Part shown: piece after piece, positions 9,401 through 18,742 of the stretch
How positions within the stretch are numbered: the stretch's first letter is position 1
How the letters are laid out: each line of letters begins with the position of its first letter
Source: Callorhinchus milii
Taxonomy: Eukaryota
Direction of reading: 5' to 3'
Assembly: GCF_018977255.1 (NCBI RefSeq)
Contig: NW_024704742.1
Span: forward strand, 52,578,001 to 52,642,000
Length of the DNA: 64,000 nucleotides
Position numbers and translations under genes: made by a program
Notes under the pieces: generated by a model
What the model was told of the DNA's origin: nothing
Database searches by the model: none
The model's input: only the letters and a program-made list of their open reading frames with translations

Positions 9401-12400
9401 ATTTTGTTTGACCCTCAACTCTCCTTTAAGCCATTCATCCATATTTTGTCTGTCCGCTTTCCTCTATCGCCACAATATCGCCCGTCTCTTCAGTCCATCA
9501 CCCCCAAAATAGCTGAAACCCTCATTTATGCCTATAACACCTTCCAGATTTGACTTGTCCAACTTCCTGTTCACTGTCCTCCTCAGCTGCACCCTCCACA
9601 TGCTCCAGAGCATACAGAACTCTGCAACTCACTTTCTCTTACGAATTAGACTGCAAACTCATTACCCCCATCCTTGCTTGGAACCAATGGCTCATTTCCC
9701 ATTTTAAGATCCTTATCCACACCTTCACATGCCTCTACAAACTTGCTCTATCCTAACTATGCCATCTTCTGTGGACCCTTGTCCCCTGGTCACTACTGTA
9801 CTGCCTATGCTACTCCCTCCATTATGCTAACTCTGGCCTGCTTCATGTAGTCTACTCCATGGTCATTAGGCAAGATTACACCCATTTTGCTCCCACCTTC
9901 CAGAACTACTGAAATCCCTACTTTCTTTCAAAACCTTTCAAAGCCATATCAACCTGTCCGCTCGCTCCGGTCAGCAGGTTCCGACCTGCTCCAAGTCCCC
10001 GGCCCGGCCTGCTCCAAGGCCCCGGCCCGGCCTGCTCCAAGGCCCCGGCCCGGCCTGCTCCAAGTCCCCGGCCCGGCCTGCTCCAAGTCCCCGGCCCGGC
10101 CTGCTCCAAGTCCCCGGCCCGGCCTGCTCCAAGTCCCCGGCCCGGCCTGCTCCAAGTCCCCGGCCCGGCCTGCTCCAAGTCCCCGGCCCGGCCTGCTCCA
10201 AGTCCCCGGCCCGGCCTGCTCCAAGTCCCCGGCCCGGCCTGCTCCAAGTCCCCGGCCCGGCCTGCTCCAAGTCCCCCGGCCCGGCCTGCTCCAAGTCCCC
10301 CGGCCCGGCCTGCTCCAAGTCCCCCGGCCCGGCCTGCTCCAAGTCCCCCGGCCCGGCCTGCTCCAAGTCCCCCGGCCCGGCCTGCTCCAAGTCCCCCGGC
10401 CCGGCCTGCTCCAAGTCCCCCGGCCCGGCCTGCTCCAAGTCCCCCGGCCCGGCCTGCTCCAAGTCCCCGGCCTGGCTTCTCCAAGTCCTCCGCCTGGCCC
10501 GCCCCACCATCATCGGTCGAGGCTTCACCCTCTCTACCCTCACACTTTGGAACTCCATCCCACATTCCCTTTGCCTCATTCCTTTGCCTCCTTCAAGGCA
10601 CATCTCAAGACCCTCCCCTTTGACTGTGTCTTTGGCCACCACCCTCCGTGTCCTCCGCCCTCCCAATGCCTCCCCCCACCCCGTTTGGGTCCAACCAAAT
10701 CCCTGACCTTCCAACGGCTTGGAACATCCTTCCAACATCAAAGGCGCTATACAAATGTAATTTTGTATTGTAAAAACATCTAAAGACCTATCTCTTTGAT
10801 TCTAACTTTAACCACCTCTTCTACACCCCATTTCGCCCTCCCAGCTTAGGCTACCAACTCCATATTTGTAAAGTATTTTGAGACATTCCTATGTTAAAAG
10901 CACTATATGTGTGCAAATTGTAGCCAAGGCGGCACTCAGTAACTTACTTTATAATTATAGTGCATGTTATTAGTACACTTTCAGGGTTGTTAGTGGTGTT
11001 TTGGAGGAGATCTTATGAAGGGTCTACTTTTTTTTAAAAAATCAACAAACTGTAAACTGTGTACTTGAGATGTGCACTTGCATTTATAATGGATTTGCAA
11101 CAGTGATTGGTTTTATTTATATCAGAATAATCCATACATTTAATGTAGCGCCTTTTATGTTGGGAGGACGTCTCAAAGGGCTTCCCAAGAAATACTGGAA
11201 AGTGTATACTGACTGTGTATTTTTGTAGGTGAATGCAGCTGCTAGTTTGGGCACAGCAGTGTCCCACAAACTGCCATGAATTGAATGACCAATTTTATTT
11301 GGAAGATTGTTGGCTGGGACACCAAGATAAACACTTTTAACTCAAACTTGGTGATCTACTCACTTCACCTTTAAATCAATTTTTAATGCTTTTAGTATTT
11401 CTCTCCATGGTTATCTGATTTGCTTCCTCAAGCTGGTTTGTATATAACATGCTTTTTCTCTTTTTACCTTTGTACTTGTCGATTAGGTTTTAAGTCACAG
11501 ATGCAGCATCTTAGTGCAGTATATTCAGTTTTGCTAATAGCACCTCACGGAGGCTCAAACTGAAATTGCCTTGTAGACAAAACTGGATTCACCCTGATCA
11601 CGTTACAAGCAAAGCAATCCCTAGTTTCAAAACTTTTTCTCCACTCTCTTTTGGTGCTTGTCTTTAAAGATCCCCGAGTTAGCACCAGAACAGTATGACA
11701 TTGCACCTGGAGCACTGAGCACAGTGTCTGCAGTAATAATTGGCCAAGTTACATAAAAGAGAAACAGATAGTTGGTAATAGAGGTATTAAAGTGTGAGGC
11801 AAAAGGGTATTGGGATAAAACAAGCTGCCAGAATTTAATAAGCTGGTGGAATAGGTTCAATGGTCTGAGTCTCCTTCTGTCAGTTTTCTATGTTCCTCAG
11901 TTTCTATCACAAGATTAATTCAGATGAAGCCGAGGGTCCTTTAGCCTTTCTTATCTCATCCTTCCGGAACACCTGCTTATCATTCTCCCTACCAAAAAAA
12001 AATGAGTTCAGTGTCCTGGACTCAACTACCCTTTATGGTTTGAAAAAAGTTCCTGATGTCTGCCCTGGAATTGCCTTTTGCAACTCTAAACTTGTGTCAT
12101 CTAGTTCTATGATTGGAGAGAAACTTCTATTGAAAAATGTTTTGGCTGCTGAAGGTTGGCTTTACTGAAAAACATTGCATTGGTTCAGTGGAGAATTTAC
12201 TAATAGATTTAATACTTGAATATTTCACATCTGAAATGGAAAGCAAGCTGAAAACATTAAGCTGATCACTGCAAGACATATACTAATGATCTGGAAAACC
12301 AATGCAAAGAATGTACTACATTCTCAAGTTATGAACAGCTTATAAGTTTCAGACTCACAAAATAGCAGGACTTTAGATTCGGATGCAGGAATGCTTTAAA

Positions 12401-15400
12401 ATTCAGTAAATGTGCACCCTAGTTTTCATGATCCCGGTAGACCCGTTCAGTGATAATTCAATAAATTGCCCACTGTACCTGACCTAATGCTAATGAGATT
12501 AGCAACAAGATTCGCACAAACATGTTTAATCTGCCAATGCTCCTAAATTGTGGCATTTTCTTTGGTTTCTGTTTTCTTTGAGTGAAATGTTTTAAGTGCC
12601 AATGTTTGTGCAAGTCTGTTGGGTCACTAAGACAATGAGAGAATAGTCAGAATATTTAATGGATTTTAAGAAAAGAGCAGGAAAGGACACCACTGATTAT
12701 ACAAAAACACTTCAAATGTGTAGTTGATGGAAATGTCTTTTTTTAAACTGGTTATGTTGTCTTCACTAACATTTTTACTGATCATGTGTTTCTTACAATG
12801 CAGAAAGTGCCCTCACCACATTCTGTGGTAAATGCTGTAAGTGATGAATCCGTTACCAAGACGAACTTAGGATTCATACATGCCTTTGTTGCTGCCATAT
12901 CGGTGATCATCGTTTCTGAGCTGGGTGACAAGACATTCTTCATCGCGGCTATTATGGCCATGCGCTACAATCGCTTGACTGTCCTTGCTGGAGCTATGCT
13001 GGCATTGGGACTAATGACCTGTTTATCTGGTTGGTGATTTCCTCTTTATAAAGCAATGATGTTAAGAGCTTGTGTTTTCTTCCAAAAAGATGCATTATTG
13101 TTGAAAGGATTGGACCGATTGCACAAAGTGGTTTACTGTAGATTTTGTTCTTTGATGGTTAGCTATGTAGTATAGTTAACTGTGGAACTTGATGCCTGAC
13201 TGGTTTATAACTTAAATGTTTAACTAATTTGTAAATGAATTCTATAAACTAGTGAGTGGAACACGCTCAATTTTGATTGCAGTGCAACGGCTGTTTGAAT
13301 TTCAGAACCACTGCATGTTATTTGCCTTCTAAATGTTGTGGACAATTCAGGTACTGCTGGACAATAATTATAGGAAAGTGACTAACATCAGTTATATAGA
13401 TCTATTCAGTTTTTCAGCTATGCCAAGCATTGTTGTCATTTGAGATGCAAGATAGTAGTATTGGCTATTGTGTTTGTGTTTTTTTATGTAATAGTGTTCT
13501 TTTCCAGTGGAATGTAATTATTCGCCAGGGATTTCACTTCATTTGTTCTAAATAGCACTTTAACCTGTAGAAATATTCCAAACAATAGTGATCAAAGTAT
13601 GTTTCTTTGTTTATATTGTGTTTTTATTGGTTACAGTTCTTTTTGGCTATGCTACCACAATAATTCCCCGAAAGTATACGTACTATGTATCAACTGCATT
13701 GTTTGCAATATTTGGCTTCCGGATGCTATGGGAGGGTTTAAAGATGAGCCCAGATGAAGGACAGGAAGAGCTGGAAGAAGTACAAGCTGAAATTAAAAAG
13801 AAAGATGAAGATGTACGTTCAAATACCATTGTATACTGTACCTTATACTATTTTAAATGAGAATGTTTCAATTATCTGTTTCAATTCGATATAGCACCTT
13901 ACCGTGTTATTGAGACGTATCAAAGTGCTTTTCAAGATTGTATTGCAAAGTTCAGTGACTGAGTATTTGTAGGCAAATGCAGCAGCCAATTTGACACAGC
14001 AATACCCACAAACAGCTACGAAGGGAATCACCAATCGTATCTGGGGATTGTTGGTGAACATAAAACTAATCTTTAGTTTAAATCTTGAAATTAAAGTGTT
14101 ATCCAAATTTAATAAACATTATAATTACAGTGCCAGATTTCATTAAAGTAAACTCTCTTGGAATTTGTTTTTGTGTTTCTACTAATCCATTTTCTTTCTC
14201 CTTGTGTTAAAGCTTCAGAGATCAAAGTTGGGAAATGGCCCACAAGATCTTGAGACTGGAGCATCAACACATCTGCCACAGAAAAGAAGAATGCCTTGTA
14301 TTTCCCCAGTGTTCATTCAGGCATTTACCCTCACCTTTTTGGCAGAATGGGGGATCGATCACAGCTGACAACGATTGTGTTAGCAGCGAGAGAGGTGGGT
14401 TTGTCAGTCTCATTTTAACTTATTAAAATTAACTCAAATAATGGGCAAGTTGACTTTGTGGATGAATTTTTCCCTTGAGGAGAGCAAAAGCACGAAAAAA
14501 AACTCACACTCAATGTCACCATTAACTTTTCCGGGTCTGATCTTGTGGAGCCTCATGTGGATCTAAACTACTCAACCTCCATGGGCTCTCACTCAGACGC
14601 ACCGTGCGCAACCTAAGCATCCGGTTCGACCCGCAATTGTCCTTCCTTCCCCACATCCGGTCCCTGACCAGGACCACCTTCTTCCACGTCCGCCACATTG
14701 CCCACCTCCGACTGTACCTTACCCCAAATGCAGCTGAAATGCCCGTGCATGCATTTGTCACATTCCGTTTGGATTACTCCAACGCACTTCTCGCCGGTCT
14801 CCCCAGCTCCACTATTCACAAGATCCAGCTCATTCAGAACTCTGCTGCCTACATACTGACCTTAACCAAACTCCGTACCCACATCTCACCAGTTCTGGCC
14901 AGGCTCCACTGGCTCCTTGAACGGATCGATTTCTAGATCCTCACTCGTGTTCAAATCCCTTCACTTTCTGGCACCTCCCTACCTCTCCGACCTCCTCACT
15001 CCCCAATCCACTACCCGGCACCTCCACTTGACTGGCACCAGCCGCCTGCTCGACCTTCACACCCTCTGCCCCATCATCGGAGGTTGCACTTTCAGCCACT
15101 ACCCCCTGAAACTGGAACACTCTTCCCCCAATCCCTCTGCCTTGTTCCCTGGCTCCCAATTTTCAAGTCCCACCTGAAAACTTTCCTCTTCGACCGTGCT
15201 TAAGGCCGCCTCCCACCTCCCCCCAGCTTGGAGTCAGGCTCCACCACTGTTAAGCGCTCCGAGATGCTACCCTGCATTGAGGATACTATATAAGTGCAAG
15301 TTGTTGTTGTAGCTTAGACATGAAATAAAATTTTGGCAGGTTTAGCATAATGGGTTCTGGAAATAGGCATGCATTGTAACGTTTCCGTGTATGAGCATAA

Positions 15401-18400
15401 TGGTTTCTAGGAGTGATCGTGCAGCATATTGTGTGTACAGCATAGCTGGTTCAGGAGATTAACACACATTTTTAAATCATTTTCTGGTGTTCTATCACTG
15501 TTTGCAAAATGTGCAGAAAACGCAAGGTTTTTTACAATGTTCCATAAGGGATTTGAGTGAAGGTACTTAAGTCATTGAAAGTGGCGCCACAAGTAGCAAA
15601 GGCTGTAAAGAAAGCTGGGTTTTATATACAGTGGCATTAATGCAAGAGTACGAAAGAAAAGTAATAATGTTTAGTTTGTATTAATCGTTGGTAAGGCTGC
15701 AATTGGAGTACTGCGTTCAGTTTTGGGCATTTCACTTCAGCAAAGATGTTAAGGCCTCAGGAGTTTTATAAGAATGATTCCAGGGATGAAGGAATTTTTT
15801 CACCCAGAGAGTTGTTGGGATGTGGAATGTTCTGTCAAGTTGGGAGGTGGAGGCAGAGTCCATTGTAGCTTTCAAGAGGGAAGTAGACAGGCATATGAAA
15901 GAGAGAGACTTGAAGGGGTATTGGGATAAGTGATCTTCTTGCTTTACGAACTGGTGCAGACTCGATGGGCCAAATGGCTGCCAAATGCACTGTAGATTTC
16001 TATGTTTCATAATAAATCCTGATGTGAAAAATACATGTTTTTTATTTCATGGATAAATAACTTTAATGGTCCTTAGCTTAGTTATTCTGAAATCACTAGT
16101 CAATCCTGCCTTTAGGATTCCACGTGCAATATCACCCCACCCCATGTTTGATTACAATGAACAAGGCACACAGGATGCTGGGCTACAGTGCTAAATCAGA
16201 TCCGATCCCGGAAATACTTGTGCAGTATTTGCTCTGGTCAGACCACACCTAGAGTACTGTTTACATTTCTGCACACCTCGATATAAAGGGTTGGCACGTT
16301 CCTAGAGTCAGTGCAGAGGAGAGCAAAAACAACAAAATTACATTTGTATAGCGCCTTTCACGTTGGGCAGATGTCCCAAGGCACTGGACAGACAGAGTTA
16401 CGGACCCGAGCTGAGGGTCGGGTTGGGGGAGGCAAAGGGGAGGAGCAGGGAGATCAAAAGCACAGTCGAAGAGGAGGGTCTTCAAGGTGTCGAGGGAGGA
16501 GGTGAGATTGTGGGAGAGGGATTGTGGGATGGAGTTCCAGTGGGTGGGTGCAGAGTGGTGGAAGGCCTGCCTGCCGATAGTCAGGCAAGTAAGGCAGGGG
16601 CCGTGAAGCAGGCTGGAGCCCGCTAAGCGGAGGGAGTGAACGGGGTGAGAGGGGATTAGGAGGTCGGAGAGCAAGACCGTGGAGGATGATCTCCAGTGTT
16701 AGAGGAATGAGCAACAATTAGACAGATAGGGCTCTTCAGTCTTGAGAGAAGATGACTTAGAGGGGACTTCATAGAAGTGTGTAAAACTTTAAATGGGATT
16801 TAAAAAGTAAACCCAGAACAATACTTTAGGATGCACCAAGAGCCTTTTTTAATCCAAACTAATCTTTTGAAAAGATTCAGATTTTAATTTAGCTAAGGTT
16901 TCCTCCTGTCCAGTTCCAAGAATACCTATTGAGTCATGACAAAGGAGAAAATGGGGTAGAGGACAGGGGATGATGGGTCACCTCAAGGCTTGATGTCACC
17001 TCAAGGCTTGAATTTGGGAACTCCCTCCTCATCGGCATTCCCAACTCTTCCCTTCACAAGCTGCAGATCATCCAAAACTCAGCAGCTCGTGTACTCTCAC
17101 CCACCAAGCTTCGTGACCCCACCCTTGCCCGACTCCACTGGCTCCCCATCCCCCATAGGATCAAGTTCAAGATCCTTGTCCTCACCTTTAAGGCCATCCA
17201 TGGCCTTACCCCCTCCTACCTCTCTGACCTGCTGACTCCCTACCAACCTGCCCCCTCCCTCCGTTCATCAGGCTCCGGCCTTCTCCATGTCTCCCGCCCG
17301 ACCCACCCTACCATCGGTGGCCAGGCTTTCAGCCTCTCTGCCCCCACACTCTGGAACTCCATCCCACAGTCCCTTCGCCTCACTTCCTCCTTTGCCTCCT
17401 TCAAGGTAGGTCTCAAGTCCTTTCTCTTCGATCGTGCCTTTGGTCTCCCTCCCACCTCTCTGCCTTCCCTCACCCCTACACCACCCCTCCCACATGCTCA
17501 GGCCCCGACACCTGACTGTTCAGCGCTTTGGGACGTCCTCCCGACGTGAAAGGCGCTCTATAAAGTAATTTTGTTGTGGTTGTTGTAAAGAGGTGTTAAT
17601 GATGCATTTTCTCCTTTGTCTTCTTTGCCCTGCCTCCCCCCTCTCTGTTAGCCCTTAAAAGCCTCTCCCTACCAACATGCTCCAGTTCTGACGAAGGGTC
17701 GTGGATCCGAAACGTTGACTCACTTTCCTTTCTCCATAGATGCTGCCTGACCTGCTGAGTGTTTCCAGCGACTTCTGTTTTTGTTTTCAGATTTCCAGCA
17801 TCTGCAGTATTTTGGGTTTTGTGATCTATTCTGTGCTTCTTGCAGGATCCCTTTGGTGTAGCTGTAGGAGGAACACTCGGCCATTGCCTGTGCACTGGGT
17901 TGGCAGTTGTCGGAGGAAGGATGATTGCACAAAAAATCTCAGTTAGAACTGGTAAGAACTAACAGATTTACAAATTAATGGAAGGATAATGCTGAAGTCC
18001 ATAAACTGAGGACCTCTTCCATTATACCCTGGGAGATGGAATTAGGAGCAACTGGTCAACAGGGAGGTAATTCTCACATGTAGCTTAAACCTGATGTAGA
18101 TTTAGTATATGTTTGGCAAATGCAGCCTGCGAGTTGGACAACACCTGAACAAACTGGTGCTCAATGGGTGCAATCAAATCCATTTTTGACTCTTGCTATT
18201 AAAATTTTACAGATCCCGAACAATAATTGGGAGACTGACAATTTTTTTATTGCTACCCGAATCTTTAAGAAAAGGTTTTGTTGCCTGAACTTCTGTACTC
18301 GGGAATGAATGGAACTGGTAGCTTTCTGGGAGCAGAAAGTACGTCCAAAATATTGTTCATAAATCTTTTCCTGAAGTGGCCAATGTAGGGCACAGTATTT

Positions 18401-18648
18401 GTTCTATCCATCTATTGCCATACTATCTGTTTTGGTCAAAATAATCCAGGGAGTTAAACTACAATAGTTTTACATTGGATTTGACAAATTTGTAGATGTT
18501 ATAATTCAGAAGAAGAATGGTCTTATTAACTATAGAAAATTTACATTAATTTTGCTCTATTTTGTTTTTAGTTACCATCATTGGTGGAATTGTTTTCCTG
18601 GCATTTGCACTGTCAGCGTTGTTCATCAGTCCAGACAGTGGTTTTTAA
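6335..18648 (+). CDS. TMEM165: Transmembrane protein 165 (GDT1/UPF0016 Golgi Ca2+/Mn2+ transporter); exons 6335-6484 (or -6475), 12804-13029, 13637-13812, 14213-14394, 17846-17951, 18572-18648; apparent 1-nt frameshift in exon 4
   Basis: Signal-peptide-like N-terminus, [16 protein letters not shown] motif, acidic loop [17 protein letters not shown](D)RSQ motif, C-terminus [10 protein letters not shown]. All introns are GT-AG. About 305 aa if one G is restored. Confidence 0.96.
6530..7295. repeat. Compound minisatellite in TMEM165 intron 1 (21-bp then 22-bp units)
   Basis: GGG(G/C)TCAGTCCACCAGAGTCT array, then GGGGTCGAATGACCAGTGGTCT array. Confidence 0.95.
7560..7910 (-). mobile_element. L2 ORF2 internal fragment
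   Basis: [26 protein letters not shown]...LFSTTHHLL...[12 protein letters not shown] resembles the EN-RT linker of L2 ORF2. Confidence 0.6.
8208..8700. repeat. Unclassified dispersed repeat, copy 1
   Basis: Colinear with 47186-47700, starting ctccaaggtgacatgtttggcaacg. Confidence 0.85.
9890..10770 (+). mobile_element. L2 3' fragment containing the minisatellite
   Basis: ..cactttggaactccatccc..gcctccttcaag..aaaggcgctatacaaatgtaattttgt. Confidence 0.75.
9985..10480. repeat. GC-rich minisatellite (23-bp then 24-bp units) inside an L2 fragment
   Basis: CCTGCTCCAAGTCCCC(C)GGCCCGG tandem array. Confidence 0.95.
12804..13029 (+). CDS. TMEM165: TMEM165 exon 2 (226 nt)
   Basis: aatgcag|[36 protein letters not shown]|gttggt. 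Confidence 0.95.
13637..13812 (+). CDS. TMEM165: TMEM165 exon 3 (176 nt)
   Basis: ttacag|[31 protein letters not shown]...KKKDED; GAT|gtacgt. Confidence 0.95.
14213..14394 (+). CDS. TMEM165: TMEM165 exon 4 (182 nt as given; 1 nt short of frame)
   Basis: gttaaag|[22 protein letters not shown]...[14 protein letters not shown], then a frame change to [17 protein letters not shown]|gtgggt. Confidence 0.92.
14590..15310 (+). mobile_element. L2 ORF2 C-terminal / 3' fragment
   Basis: [52 protein letters not shown]; (ttg)n tail. Confidence 0.85.
15570..16010 (+). mobile_element. CR1 LINE 3' fragment
   Basis: [17 protein letters not shown] sequence and CR1-type 3' end. Confidence 0.7.
16327..16690 (-). 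mobile_element. L2 3' end inserted into a CR1 relic
   Basis: Reverse L2 tail, flanked by CR1-like ctggtcagaccacacctagagtactgt (16235-16320) and agaggggacttcatagaa (16700-16830). Confidence 0.8.
17010..17586 (+). mobile_element. L2 3' fragment
   Basis: atccaaaactcagcagctcg..ctccactggctcccc..gggacgtcctcccgacgtgaaaggcgct. Confidence 0.85.
17590..17818 (+). mobile_element. Penelope-like element terminal (pLTR/UTR) relic
   Basis: Hammerhead motif followed by gatgctgcctgacctgctgagtgtttccagc...tttcagatttccagcatctgcagt. Degenerate relatives occur at about 38240-38310 (+) and 56775-56810 (-). Confidence 0.6.
17684..17720 (+). ncRNA. Minimal type I hammerhead ribozyme motif (Penelope-associated, dimer type)
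   Basis: AGTT-CTGACGA-A-GGGTC gtg GATCC-GAAA-CG-TT-GACT: core boxes, 5-bp stem II, palindromic ACGT in place of stem III, 4-bp stem I. Confidence 0.65.
17846..17951 (+). CDS. TMEM165: TMEM165 exon 5 (106 nt)
   Basis: cttgcag|[42 protein letters not shown]|gtaaga. Confidence 0.95.
18572..18648 (+). CDS. TMEM165: TMEM165 last coding exon
   Basis: gtttttag|[29 protein letters not shown]. Confidence 0.95.
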
Positions 18649-18707
18649 GAAGAATACTTGATGTGCTGTCCAAGAAGAAGACTAGCATTGTTACCAGCTG
18701 TACCTCC

Positions 18708-18742
18708 TATATATGTGTGTGTGTGTGTATATATATATATGT
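18708..18742. repeat. (TA)n(TG)n(TA)n microsatellite in the TMEM165 3' UTR
   Basis: tatatatgtgtgtgtgtgtgtatatatatatatgt. Confidence 0.85.

Noticed and set aside
9887..10783. 298-aa, 256-aa and 215-aa Pro/Gly-rich ORFs
   Set aside because: Artefacts of the 23/24-bp GC-rich array within an L2 relic.
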